Source: Antedon mediterranea (taxonomy: Eukaryota > Animalia > Echinodermata). From it: 64,000 nucleotides of DNA. The stretch's first letter is position 1, and every line of letters starts with the position of its first letter. The translations under genes were made by a program, and so were the position numbers. Below the pieces are notes generated by a model. It worked only from the letters and a program-made list of their open reading frames with translations. It ran no database searches and was not told the DNA's origin. Where the stretch lies: positions 13,215,045-13,279,044 of the forward strand of contig NC_092680.1 of assembly GCF_964355755.1 (NCBI RefSeq). The letters are read 5' to 3'. Shown one piece after another: positions 16,876-30,862 of the stretch.

Positions 16876-19800
16876 TACAAAAAAAATAAATTGATTACGA
16901 AGTTACATGTCATTTTCACCTATCACCAAAAAACTAACCTTTTCAAAACTAATTAATTGTTACGAAGCCAATTTATATTATATATTTCATTAAAACTGAA
17001 CTTTACGGTAAATGAAGAGTAAGTATCAGTTAATATGAATAATAATTATAACTAGTAGGTCTATGAACTTGCGTCCAGACACAGAACTGTGACATTACTA
17101 TCATAAATGTTGAAACCACTTATAAAACCTTTTTTTTAAAGAAAATATAATTGTGTTAGGAGAAGGCTAATAAACAAATAGATAATGTTCAAACCTTTTT
17201 CTGGATTAATTAATGGAGCAGGCGTTCCTAATAATCTTCTGTAGACAGATTGTTCACCTTCTGACGATAATTGATTGGACCCCCCACGGCATCTGATAAC
17301 CAACAAAAAATTTACGAGGACTGTTTCAATGATTTAATATCTGACGGCGTATTATTATAACATTGGCCTAGATTGAAAGTCAAAGAAAGTCATTGTAAAT
17401 ACCTCCCTTTATGTTGACAGAGCCAAAATAAAGTTTTGACCATTATCGAATGATTATTTGACAGTGACTTATTATAATACCGCCCTGGTTGACAGCAAAA
17501 ACGAAGTTATTATTTATTGATCAAGATTTTACAGATTTCCGTCTACATCTCAATAATACTGTATTATCAGCAAAGGCTTTCATATAGACTCTCTTCTCCC
17601 AGACGTTTTTTGGGTCCAGCAGCTACCTATAAATTATAGTCGAGTTTCCAAATTCACAAAACTGTCAGCCTTAGATACTAAAGCTACCGCTATGAAACAG
17701 CTTATTAATGAATGTGTCCTCCTGGGACATAGCTGGCTAGAGCCGCGGCGCGAAAAACGTTCGCGTTCACTTCATACAGCTTCAGCGCCTAGAAAACCAC
17801 GACGTTCCATTGACATTCATTATTGCCAGCGATCTAACTTTCTACTAAACATTAGCTAGGTACGCACTTGTCTGGCGGTATCCCTTTGTACGAATCGTTC
17901 AACGTTGGGTCGAGACGCGTGATATCAAGTTCCATCCAGGGACCAAAATGTGTAATGTAGTTATTTTCCAGGCGAAGTTTACCGATGGTTACCGAAGGGA
18001 ACACGGGTACTTTTTGTCGGGGAATATAATATACAGTAAAAAGCGTTCGCGTTCACTTCGTAGCTCTAGCTTCAGCGCCAAGAAAACCGCGACGTTTCAT
18101 TGACCGTGAGAGTACGTCAGAGTGATATTATGCACTTTATATGCATTCATTATTGCCAGCGATCTAACTTACTACTAAACAATAGCTAGGTTCGCACTTG
18201 TCTGGCGGTATCCCTTTGTACGAATCGTTCAACGTTGGGTGAGACGCGTGATATCATGTTCCATTCAGGGACCAAAAAGTGTACTGTAGTTATTTTCCAG
18301 GCGAAGTTTACCGACGGTTACGTCGTGTACTGCGTCGACGTACGCTACACACAGCAAAAACGAATTATGTTAATTGTTCGTATGTTCACCAATTTTTTAA
18401 TTTACAAGTAACCTTCTGTACCGTGGGGCACCTAAAATAAATTTTTCATCTATTACTAAATAAAAAAACATGCCATTTTCGCTTAGCCAACATCTTATTA
18501 TAGCTAAGTTATTACATTTTCAATGTCCTGTATGTCATGAATTTCTCACCACTCGGAAGTCCAGATGGTACGCACGCATACACTTGGGAGGAATAAACTT
18601 ATTTCCCCGACTAAAAAAGGTCTACGTTTGCGTTTTTTAAGCCTCTAGGCCTGATGTTTCCAAAGTATAAAATGCAATTTTTTGAAGACCTGCAGCTCTA
18701 GTTTTAAACATTTTCTTAGCTCAGCCCCAACAATAAAGCTGGTCATATTTCGAAGTACAAGAAGTGCATTTTCCGGGACCTAACATCTCTATTTTTCAAA
18801 CATTTCTTAGCTCAGTCACAACCATGATAGGGACTTATATATTTTGTTTTGTTTGTTTGTTTGTTTTGTTTTGTTGTTTTGTTTGTTTTGTTTTTGAAGT
18901 ATAATAAGTCCAATTTCCGGGACCTCCAACTCTATTTTTCTAAATTTTCTTTGAACTTTTATTTTTTAAATTGAAAAATATGGATTGAAACAGTAATCGC
19001 GCATCGTTTTTTTGCACGCAGTATTTTATTTATGCATTATAAGAAATGGCTACCCTAAATCTGATTAAAATGACCTCAAATGACGCCAGAACGCGTTGCT
19101 TCCGGGGGCTTCGCCCCCTGGACCCCCACCGGGGGCCCTTGGCGGCCCCCTGGCCCCAGCCTAGTGATGCTCGCTTCGCTCGCATAGCCCCCTCGTCGGG
19201 GAATGTAGCCCCCGCGTCGGGAAGATCCTGGCGCCACTCCTGCTTAGTAGTAATAGTATTGCAATAATGTATGTGAAGAAGTCAGTCCTCCATTTCATAG
19301 GAACAAGTAAAGTTTCTGTTACACACGATTTCATGTATGAATCCATGTGTTTTAAAGAACATATTCCAATTGCCATTAGATTTAAATTAAATGCCAAGCG
19401 TAGGGAAAATGTCTATTATAAATACATTCAAATGATTACCGTATATTTCGGTGTGCAAGTCGCACTTGTGTATAAGATGAATCCACAATTTAGAGATCAA
19501 ATTTCCACGTCAAAAGTGCCTTTTTTACACCAAAATATATGGTATGTAGCCTATCTATGTAATAGTTTCCACTATAATCTTGAAATAATTTAATTTGGAT
19601 CCTAATATTATAGAAGAAAAAACAAACTAAATGTTTGCGAAACGTTGTAAGTACCATTTTTAGTACTTTCGATCTGTTGGATCAAACAAAAAAGGAAAAT
19701 TCTCTTGTATAGTTTAAATTTTCTATATGTTTCATAATTTTGGGGGGATTTTTTTTTATAGCTAAAATCATGAACTACACTAATAACAAGTTTACTGTCT

Positions 19801-21932
19801 AGCGCCCTCTACATTCACCGCGTCATCGTCCGTCCGAATCCGAAGACTGTTCATAAGGACACTGTATGCATCTCCCTAAGGATGATGTCCAATCTGAACA
19901 CACACAACATTCTAACATTAACTTTGTAGGAGGACCAACGAGGAACAATAGGAATTTATTCTGAAACCTTTTTGCAGTGATTTTGTTACTCATTCAATAG
20001 CGTAAAATTTTTAATGGATGTTTTGTTTGGGTAGAAATTGTGTTGATAAACGATATGTGAATATATGCGCATTATTAGCATTTTGCAAGCTAACGTTCGT
20101 AGTGTAGCACCGTTGTAAAAATTAGGTAAGTTTTATTTTCATTGTGAATTCTAACTAAACCTTTAAACCTAAACCTTTGTTTAGGAAGGGGGAAGGGATG
20201 GCGGCGAAAGTTTCTCCGACTGGTACCCGAGTCCCAACGTTACTACTCGGGTAGTATTTACATGTCAAGTGAAACGCTTCCATGACCATGTCGTAATCAT
20301 ACTGGACCCGCAAAGACGTAAGCGTAACGTAAGCTAGTTGACCAATGACACGCAAAATAATCCATCGATTGTGATTGGTCAGATGACCGTGCGTTGCGCT
20401 TACGCCTTGGCGTTGCGTCCTAGTGTGAACCAAGCTTACCACATGATCATGATAACATTAATTATAACCTCTTTATCCATCATCTTATCTACATTATCCG
20501 ATTCCTTCATATTGAACTATCACTGTAGGCCTAATGGGATAATCTATATAAATAGAATGCATTTATGGATTTTGTAATGAACTCATTAAGTTAACAGATT
20601 GTGTGCTTGTACCGGTATAACAATAGATAACGATGTCTTATTCTTTTTATATATAGTACCTAATTATATTGTACTGTATCTTGTATTGAATGACGTAGTT
20701 CACACCACCCACGACTCATCCCTCTCAACAATCCACACCGCACTTTTGTTTCAATGAAAATGTACATCCGTATTATATTATGTTATGATGTAATGCCTTT
20801 GAAGTACACGGCATGATTATTGATTGTAGCCACACCATTTATATGCTATTTTAAGATGTTTTAACATCTTCGATTCCTAAAAGAATCACCAAGCAGGATA
20901 GGACATATAGCATCTTTAAGCTATAGTTATATAGCGCGTTCTACATTAAATCAAATCATTATTTTATATTCCTTTGAAACACACTTAATGCAGTTCCGTT
21001 GAGAAGTCTAATGATACAAAAGTAAGAATTAGGCTGTTAGTGTTAAGGTCTGTCTTCTTGGGGCGATACCTGTAAAACATAAATGACTTTATCACAGTAT
21101 TGTCTATGATACTGAACACAATATACAAGTATGCACAATTGAGATCACAAAAATGTTAGAAAACTTTAGAAGAAATACTTAATTGATACAGTATTAGAAT
21201 ACCGATTTGATACACAGCCGAGCTAACTGAAAAACATTAATGAAACTAATAATCCGTCAAATAACTTGACATTTGAAAATTGGACACACACTGGCCATAA
21301 TTATTCAACGACCAAGCAAGTCGCAATTGAACTAAACATGTTGTTTTGCTTAAGATAACAAAACTAGTATCCTTTTTACCGATTTCGACAGATGACATTT
21401 GCAATTCTAGATTATTACTAATGCTTTACATTCAGTTGGATTAGGCCTAAGATTGCGTTCGCTTCCCTATTCGCTAAAACGTAAGGGAACAATAATTCCA
21501 CGTCTTATGAAAGCTTGGTTCCCACTCCTAGGAAACAATGCAAGAACGTACGTGCAACGCAAATAAAAATGACCAATCACGATACGGTGGATGATGATCT
21601 ATCACGTCACGTTATCTGATCATGTATCTATACAGTTAGCTCCATGGTTTAAATGTGTATAAACTAATGAAATTGAATACATACATATAATATTTCAGAT
21701 GGTTAAAAAAAATAAATTTTTAATTGAATTGAACCGCTTCCAAATGAGACGTTAAGCCGTTGGTGCTGTCGTGTAGCTAGGATAGCCCACGCAGCTCCAT
21801 GATTAATTTCATTAAGATAATAGTAAAGATCTAAAATTTACTAAAATATTATCTATTATGAGGGATGTACAAATAACCAAAATCCAATTAAAATATATAC
21901 TTAAATATATCCCAAGAGATGTATCTGTTAAA

Positions 21933-22080
21933 GGTCGAGTAGGGCCGCACAAGTTGCATCGTTTACAGGTCGAGTGGGGCCGCACGAGTTGCATCGTTTA
22001 CAGGTCGAGTGGGGCCGCACAAGTTTCATCGTTTATAGGTCGAGTGGGGCCGCACAAGTTTCATCGTTTACAGGTCGAGT
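21933..22080. repeat. 35-bp GC-rich minisatellite, ~4.2 copies
   Basis: Unit GGTCGAGTGGGGCCGCACAAGTT(G/T)CATCGTTTACA starting at 21933, 21968, 22003, 22038 and 22073. Confidence 0.9.
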
Positions 22081-23447
22081 ACATGCAGACGATAGCCTGC
22101 AAGTAATAGTTCCCATGAGCTTCAACACATTAAATGATTTTTATTCGTTTTACCTATGCTATTTTAATCATGATAAGCATAATAATTTCATTTGAATTAC
22201 ATGAAGAATAAAAATGCGCGTGTAGGTCTGCGCTAATGAGGCTGTCAGTAGCCTATAAGGGGTTAATATTTTAGTCACATGATAAATATACCTTTTTATT
22301 GAAAATGTTTTTTATTAGAAGATGGAACATTTAGATTTAAATGTTCAATGGCATGGTTTTCGCTGGTGAAAATATAAATTATTATTATAAATCAATCAGG
22401 TACGTATAGGATACACTAAGCAAATTTTTAGAAAAATAATCCTTTCAAACGGTCATGCGGTTCGCATGCCGCGAGTGATCTATTTCATGGAAGTGTTTTC
22501 GCTTACTTCAATCAACCTTGATTCCAACTAGGACGCAGCGCAAGGACGTAATTAGCGCGAGGCAAGTAAGTTGACCAATCACAGGAAATGGTTTTCGAAT
22601 TGATTGGTCAATACACTTGCGTTGCCCTTACGTTCTTGCGCGGCGTCCTAATGAACCAAGCTTTAATCCGAAATAAGTTCACACGCGTACAAATAATGTT
22701 GTATCAATTGAAAAACAAGTTCAGGTGATAGGCCTACTATACTTTTTTTAACCATCGACATAATAACTGATTACATTTTTAATCTGATTATCAAACGCAT
22801 CATGCCTTACGGGATAAATCCAATTGAGTAATTAGTTCTGTCATGTCAATTGGCAAAGTTTCCCACATTTTCAGTGATGAATACTATTTAAGTAATTCAG
22901 TTTTAGGACAGTTAATTTAAGCGTTATTCACCCGAGAACTTTCAAAAAGATTATTATTATCACAGATCTATAAACAAGATCTGATCTGCATAGTAATCTT
23001 ACGGGAGATATAAATATCTGTCTATACGCTCTTAATTAGGCCCTACTTTTACCAAAAGTTCCTTCAAATTGAAAAGTTCTGTTGGAATGTCTCAAACAAA
23101 CAAAAACAGTTAGGATAAGATCATAAACATTTGTCATTTATTAGAAGAGATGATTCAAATGTAATGGTTTTATATATTGGATAATTAAACGAATACTTTT
23201 AGGCCTATGTGATATCAAAAAAGCTAAAAATATGATATTATATAAAACAAACTGGAACTCTCTAGGTTTTAAACCCACGCCGTTTTTCAAAACTAGATAG
23301 CGAATGACCTGTCGGGGTGTATCATACTTTTGCTTTTATCTCCAGCAGTATGACCTTTTAACACCTGACCATTACAATATTGATTCCAGAAATGTCATAT
23401 TTACCTATTTTTTTGCCGTTTTGTTCTCCATTCATATTAATTTGTTA

Positions 23448-24695
23448 TCTATATATAAATTTACGTAAGGGCAAAATTCGGTAAATCGCACCTTACTTCT
23501 AGAATTTTTACTCGATGGTATATAAAGTTGGTTCGTACTTTCGGTACTGATTTTAACCACCTGATGTAACCCTGTTTACTAATTAAATTAAGTTAGATAA
23601 TTAGTTATTGACGATTAAAACGAATTTAGGTTCAACGATTTGCCCCAAATCGGGGTGTTTTCCGATCGTGGTATACACTGTCTAATGGATGTCCATCTTG
23701 AAAAATACCCGCCACAAAAATGCGAGGAGGCTTCGCATTTTCCTATCTCCTCCTACGATAATTGTTTTTAATAGCTGAAAACCGGTTGAACAGTTCGAGT
23801 ACAGCATCATAATGTTGAAGACAGGCCGATTTTCTTTAAAAAATGCTATTTTGATACATGTAATATACGTTTTTACAAATGTATTGATTTGTGATGAATG
23901 GAACATTCCAAATTATTTGGTTTAACCATAGAGGTATAGATTTAGATTTATGGGCCCCCTTGAAGAATAAACATAAATAGTATTGCAATGCTGTACAATA
24001 CTGTTAAGGTATTAACCACTTTTAATCGCAATTTGAATCGCAAATTTCTTACTGTTAGTGTTTGTACAAATAAACTTTATTACTGTGAGTGTGGGTAGGC
24101 CCTACTGTTAGATTATAAACATATAATATACAAATAAATAAACGTTATTACTGACAGTTGCTTCTCAACGTTTGTATTAATTAATAATTTAAAAATATAT
24201 AAACGTACGTAGTGGTGTATCGTTACATGTACTTTACTATTTCAATCGACTATGACAGTGAGAGTTTTAACAAAGTATTAAATCGTAAATGTTTTACTGT
24301 ATTTAGTGGTATATTATTTATAGGCCTATAAAACATTAAAAACAATATTTCGTTACTGAGTGGATAAGAATATATTTTAAAATGTTTCCTCTTTGTACCT
24401 ATCTTCTTCCCCCATACCTCAACCCTTAATGTTACATACAAAACACAAATTGGGTTTGTTTAAATGAGTCCAAATAAAAAAATTTGACTCATTTTGTTTC
24501 TCTCTCGGAAGTAATTCCCAGGGTGCTAAATCATCGTGTATATTTATTCGTTTCTGTAAACGACAATGTATTATAGTCCTGCGGTACGTACATTTGAAAT
24601 CTCCATTTTTTTCTCGCTGGAAAATACTGTGTATTCGAGAACCATCTGTGGGCACGACCTAGATGGTACGCGAGCGAAGCGAGCGTGCCATCTAG
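23448..24695 (+). mobile_element. Non-autonomous Helitron
   Basis: 5' A|TCTATATATAAAT, 3' CTAG|T, terminal hairpin CTAGATGGTACGC...GCGTGCCATCTAG (24659-24695), no TSD. The pairing of the two ends is inferred. Confidence 0.65.
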
Positions 24696-25946
24696 TAAGT
24701 TATAATTATATTAGTGATTTTAGTAAAGGTATACATTATTGCATGCAGTAAACAATACCGTTAGCATGGTAAAATCTTCAACGTAATGTATTAATAATTA
24801 TTTAATCTTTATGTAAATTATCTATAGTATTTTTGGCATTATTCGGACTCTCGAGGGATTAGTCAAACCAGCATATTTCCATACGACTCTAGTAACAGAG
24901 TTGCTGTCACGTAGTTACAATGCTTACACAACCCATTACAGGCTATTGCTATTTTTATCCTTCTAAAACAACACACTTAATCCAGGGAAGAGTGATAATA
25001 TAAATTGACTAATGTACTTGTTTTTTATTTTTATTTATTTATTTTGTACATGTATTAAATACATATAGTTAATTGTAATTGTAATTTACTATATTCTGTA
25101 CCTATTTCATCCTTAATGGCCACAATGGAAATAAGTTGACTTTACTTTTTTGTGCTACCCTGAATTCATTCCTGTACTGTTTTTAATGTTACATTGTTTT
25201 GAATTATGTTAATGAAAGAAAGAAAAAAAAAAGAACAAGTTAATCATTTTCTGATCTTCTGAATAAACAATATAGCATAATTAGCATGATATAGGAGCTG
25301 TTCAAAATCCCCGAGATTTACAATGTCAAAATAATGATAAACAAAATAAATACACGTGAAATTATGATTTATTATTACATTTAACCTGTGATTGCATTAC
25401 TCTCGTATGAAAATGTTTTCCTTCAAACCAATAATTAATTAATTTATGTGAATACGGTTGCTTTTAGTCATTTACAGTATATAATTAGTACATCACTAAC
25501 GTGTGCTAACTAGACAGAAAAACGTTATCACACGCTGCGTGAATTTTTCCATATTATAATTACACACTAATGTTTTTTTTTTCACATTTTTGATTTGCAT
25601 TGTGAAATTAATATCTTAAGAAAATATTATAATTTCAATGTATCATTACATTACGGTACCGACGCTTCTCAATTTCATTAAACGTGATTATAATATTGTT
25701 ATATCATAAAAACGCAGCATGTCAAACACATTAGTAAACACTGTAGCGTTGAGCACTGCATCATCGCATATTGGAGATGTTACTTAGCTCACATCACGTC
25801 TGAACTTAGCCTTCACTTTTTATTGCATCCCACGAGATTTCGAGATTTTGACATTTCGTTGCATTCATGTTCATTATTATGCATATGCAAATCACAATAA
25901 TGCGCGTGACTTTTTAGATTAAAATAATTTGAAAGGATTGATACAG

Positions 25947-26104
25947 ACTTTAAAGAACCTAGTACATCTTTCGAGATGAGTAGGGGGTTACCCCGGTGTA
26001 TTAGTACATCACAGCCACTGATCACCAACTGGGCCCTCTGGGAGATCAGTCTTTGACTGAAGAGGTTACCCAGTATAAAGATAAAAAAACAAACAAACAA
26101 ACAA
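25947..26104 (+). mobile_element. 5'-truncated copy of Deu-domain SINE
   Basis: Near-identical to 9426-9558; ends in an (AAAC)n tail. Confidence 0.85.
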
Positions 26105-26114
26105 ACTAACTAAT

Positions 26115-26460
26115 TATGACAACATGATGATAAAGGAAATGATAACATGACAATGATACAATAATCATGATGATGATAAGGGCAGGAAATAATCATGATG
26201 AAAACAATATAATATTGATGTGATATTGAGAGATAGAGAGAGACGATAAGAATGAGGACAAATGACGATGATGATGAAGTTGTTGAAAATGAGAATGATG
26301 GAAATGATGATGGTGATTGAAGATGATAATGAAGTTGATGAAAATATTGATGATAATGATGGAAATGATGATGGTGAAATTGACGATGATAATGAAGTTG
26401 ATGGAAATATTGATGATAGTGATGGGAATGATGATGTTGATAATGATGCTGGAAATGTTG
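26115..26460. repeat. Degenerate (GAT)n trinucleotide tract
   Basis: GAT/AAT/GAA triplet runs. Confidence 0.8.
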
Positions 26461-26885
26461 CGATTTAATATCGTGAATTAGATCAAGGAATATGATATTA
26501 ATATTATTATTGTTATTTCTAATATTAAATGCATGTTTATTTTCATTTGTAAACCAATTTGATTGGAATCACGGAAGTTTTTAATTACAGTACTGCTCAC
26601 ATTCTAAACCAACTAATTGAAAAAAAAAACAATTACTATCTACGTACGTATACAATGCTCGTGTTTTTATTAGTAATACATTACTGAATTTGATAAATCA
26701 ATAAAACATTTGAATAACTGTTACAAAAACACATAATGAGTGACCAACAGTCCAGCAGCTCGCACGTGAAATTAATTGCTTATTAATAAAGCGTGGTTCT
26801 CACTAGAGACGCGACGCAAGGACGTACGCGCAACGTGAGCAAGATGACCAATGACAAGCCACTGTTTGATTAGTCAAATCACTAA

Positions 26886-27091
26886 AGCTTGGTTCCCACT
26901 AGCTACGCAACGAAACGCAATCTACGCAAAGTAAGAAAATGCCCTTCTAATAACTGTGTTTTCCCCGCCTTCGTGAAATAAAACCTGCGATGTTTGCAGC
27001 ACTATTGCGTCGTCGGTTCTCACTTGTGATTACGCAATACAGCACTTTGCGTCAATACGTCGCTGCGCTGCGTCGCTAGTGGGAACCAAGC
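26886..27091. mobile_element. MITE (TIR AGCTTGGTTCCCACTAG), nested in or abutting an older relative
   Basis: TAA-AGCTTGGTTCCCACTAG ... CTAGTGGGAACCAAGCT-TTA. Related degenerate copies at ~20300-20437, 21511-21580, 22515-22663, 26790-26882, 27428-27500, 32625-32734, 41070-41150 and 53220-53355. Confidence 0.75.
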
Positions 27092-30000
27092 TTTAGGCAT
27101 ATACAACATTTGTTCTTTTTATCCAAATACGCTACCGTCTAAAACTGCAAAAATGCGAATAATAGTGCAATAAAACACACTCCGTGAATAACTAAGACAT
27201 GACAATCTTTCACATGTTGATGTCCAGATTTTACAGCATAAGACAGAAGCTGCTGCTGCAGGGTAATGTTCATCATCGTAAGAAGCAAATGTCATAAGTT
27301 AATAGTAAGTTTGAAATTAATTGCAGACACAAACATTGCTGAGATTGTAATAATGTCATTGACAAGTAAAACACGTCGATGTTTGTCTTCAGCTAATTTG
27401 AATTGAATAAATCAATTTACTCTTTAAACCTGGTTCCGGTTTAGGACGCAACACATGGACGCTCGCGCGAAGAAACGCAATTAATTCGACCAATCAGAAG
27501 GAAGCATTTCTTTAAAAGTAATTTTTTTTTCTTTTATTTTAGTACAGTAATCAACAGTTTTTTATACAAAAAATTAACAGGGCGAAATCACTGAAAGCAA
27601 AAGCTTGTGAAAGCTAGGCTGCTCAGAAATAGAACGCATGCATATTTTAACATGATTCATGGTCAAATTACTCGCGTTGCGCTTTAAATATTATGCGTTG
27701 CATTATAGCCTAGTAGGCCTAGAAATCAGGCTTAAATCTATACATTAGAGCTCAATGTATGCCACGGTCTGTATGCATTAGTAGAAGTGTTGTCGGTATT
27801 GGTTATTGTTGACGATTTAATGATAATGAATCAGTTTACAGAAATCAAAGCAGAATTATAAGAATGTCCCGGATGTTACAAATCACTCAATACGTTTTAC
27901 CTTGTTGCATTTTCACCTGCTCAGTGTGGTTATACATCAAAACAAGCCAACAAAGCCGATACGTTAATAAAGACAAGCCTACTGCAACAAAAAGACAACT
28001 TGATGCATTATAAAAAGCAGAAACGATTGATATTACTATGACGACCTATGATAATGACACTTAGCGCGTGTTAACAACATTTGCTTTCTTTTTGTTTTGG
28101 TCTTTTCCTCATTTATGATTATAATACTATAGAATAATTAATATCTCTTACATTAATTTACAATATTATATCATAATTACGATTCCATTGCGTGGATACG
28201 TCTTCTAGTCGTGAAAACAATTTCGTTTCATGATTAGAACATCAATAGGCCAAGCTCTTTGAGATACAACGCATAAACTATTTGCTACATATAATGTTAT
28301 TTTGCTTTGTGTAATGAATACATGAATAAAATACTGAAATTAAATTAATAAAATAAATAAACCAATCTATTAATATGTATTTATATACAATACAATTTTA
28401 ATTAGGCCTACGCGTAGTTATCGTTTGACGTACGTAGAGACAGGAACTATATTATAGGCTAAATCTTGGGCAATAAATCAAGTCATAATAAGTATTCGAT
28501 ACTATATCGGTATCATTGCAACTCAGTGATGAAAACAGATGACTACTGACTCTAATAGTGTTTACCGTTGGGGGTTCCGAAGAATTATTGATGACTAACC
28601 AATGTATAATGCTCTTTCAACATTAATCAAACAGCGAGGTTTGCCGAAGAAATGATAAGTAATATAAAGACTGCTGCTTTGATAGTGGCATAGGAATATG
28701 AAATGGAAAGAAAACTCTACGATTTGTTTTGGCCGTGAGACCAAACTAGAATGGAAAGTATATACTTAGGTGATGTAATATAATTTATAATTTTCGTTGT
28801 GGTAGATGTTGTAGCAATGGGGCGTTTCATAGAAATGTGACATTATAGGACTAGATGCTGCTTAGGTATAAAAATGGAGTGTATGAGCATGTTCGATTCG
28901 AGAATGGTTTAACAAAAGCAGTAGGCAAGTTAAACTATTGAACTATGTAGGATTATACTGTAGGCTATTGTATACATTGCAGTTAACTCATCAGTCCAGG
29001 TTCTATGCCTGCAGTAGTTGTGTGTTAAGAACATGTTGTTGGTGTTAAGAACATGTTGTTTCTTTGCTATTTAAGCAGTTTTTGTATTTGTTATCTATAT
29101 AACAAACTAGTTCGACAAAAAAAAGTTTGATGTGCCCAAATATGGTAGTGATATTCTTAAGGCGCCTCTGTGTCAAATATTGAATAAAATAATGTATATT
29201 TTAACTAAACACTATGACTAAACATGTAGTCCAGGTGAACGGTTTGGTACTTAAATATGTACAGAAATGTGGAGATCGGAATAACTACCAAATGCGGACC
29301 TACTGCAGACCTACTGCAGTACTCTGGAGATCCTACACACAAACACTAGGCCTCTGCTGCTGTACCTTGAGTTTATCTATAAACATGTGTAGAACCTTTG
29401 TATAATTACTGCAAAAACATTATCTATAAAGCTGCTGTTTTAATTGTCATAGTATTGTTTCCAAAGTGCTTTTATTAAATCGGAATACTGTACGAAATAG
29501 AATGTTAACTAGTGAGCTAATTGCTTTGTTCATTGAGTAGGAATTACCTATCACAAATGCTGCTGTCTTTCTGCTTCTATTAATGTATAAAGATCGCTTG
29601 TAATTTTTTATTAAGGTGGCGCCATGAACCGATTACGTCATTATTAGCTAATAGAGAACACTTAGTTCAAACTAGCATTTACTATTATACGTAAATATAC
29701 AAGTGTTTTCATGAAATTATTTACTATTATTGTAATTTTGTGATTGGAAACACTATTTTAAAAGGCCATTAATGAAACAAAATAATTCATAACAGCACAT
29801 TGGGGATAACCTATAATTGCGACACGGGTTTGGGTTTGAGTCCCTAATTGTATTTTTAAATATATGATGATCTAGCAGAATATAAGCCTAATTGCAATAT
29901 TAAAAGGTTTGTAAGCACAAGAATACAACACAAAATTCCACAAGAAGTTCTCCGAAACGATTCAATTCGCGCTTGCAACTGCGCTAAACGTGAACACGTT

Positions 30001-30617
30001 TAATCGTATTTAGAGCGAATAGATTGGTTCTCATAGTATCAATCAAGCAAATTGCGCGAGAGAATACGAGAGGCTGGTGTGATAGTCCAATTATGTGCAG
30101 CTGTGTTGCTTTTCTATTGAATACAAGCTATGTGTTTTACCAGTTTGTGCAGATGGCAGTCGAGAAGATGGAAATAACCAAGTGTAAGTGCTGTACTGCA
30201 ACTAATAACATTATTTTAATTATAGAGGAAACTCAATATTTTCAAATAACAAACACACCAGTTCAGTGCTTGAAACTAACCTCACATTTTACAGTGTGCA
30301 GCTCTCATCCTGACTTGCCCGAAGTGTCTGAGTTATTGTCTTTTTTATGTTAGTCCACCAGTTGGCGTTTCGATTTTTTGTCTTATATCCGAGTTAACAA
30401 GCTCAAGTAGTATATGTATGAAACGTCATATGTACCAAAATATTTATCTTTTTACTAATTAATTGAATCAAAATTCTGTCTGGTAGAACCTAGGCTACGT
30501 TATCCATGATATACTACTATACTACCTAAAATCTCATCTCTAGCTATCAATTTTGTTTGTCTTCCTCGGCCTCGTGTTCTTGGAGTCAATTCCGTAATAA
30601 CTTGTGTTCATCCATTA

Positions 30618-30862
30618 AGGTCGCAGTGTGTTGGACGTTGGACTACTGATCGTGGTTCGAATACAACTCTGCCGCACTGCTTGTATCCTTAAGGCAAGAT
30701 ACTTTACTTACGTTTGCCTCTCTCCACCCAGGTGTATTAACGGGTACCCAGTTAGATCAAGACACAACTTTGCTGCTTACTAGCTGCATTATTGGAGTAT
30801 GTTTCCATTCGAGGTTTCACAACATTAGGGTCTATATAAATCCAGGATATTATTATTATTAT
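30618..30862 (+). mobile_element. tRNA-derived CORE-like SINE with L2-type tail
   Basis: B box GGTTCGAAT, core-like TGTATCCTTAAGGCAAGATACTTTAC..TGCCTCTCTCCACCCAGGTGTA, and tail CTATATAAAT..(ATT)n. Confidence 0.65.

Larger units (their letters stand above)
14427..17755 (-). mobile_element. Helentron-like non-autonomous element nested in hAT copy
   Basis: Absent from the sister copy (empty site CAGTAAAAAACGTTCG at 62041) and inserted in an A-run. Ends carry inverted CGCCGCG (14452) / CGCGGCG (17744) plus the palindrome AAGAAATATTTCTT (14430-14443). Contains an internal ~56-bp tandem array. Confidence 0.6.
14295..19242. mobile_element. hAT-like non-autonomous DNA transposon (family A) carrying nested insertions
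   Basis: Imperfect TIRs CAGTGGTGGCGCCAG / CTGGCGCCACTCCTG, perfect 8-bp TSD CTTAGTAG (14287-14294, 19243-19250) and repeated GTCGGGGA subterminal motifs. Near-identical to 61934-63509 apart from a ~3.3-kb insert. Confidence 0.9.

Noticed and set aside
19046-19267. GC-rich ORFs at hAT right ends (also 63296-63600 and 14323-14532)
   Set aside because: They lie in non-coding subterminal repeats and show no transposase motifs.
21933-22080. CRISPR-like 35-bp repeats
   Set aside because: Head-to-tail with no unique spacers, no cas genes, and eukaryotic context.
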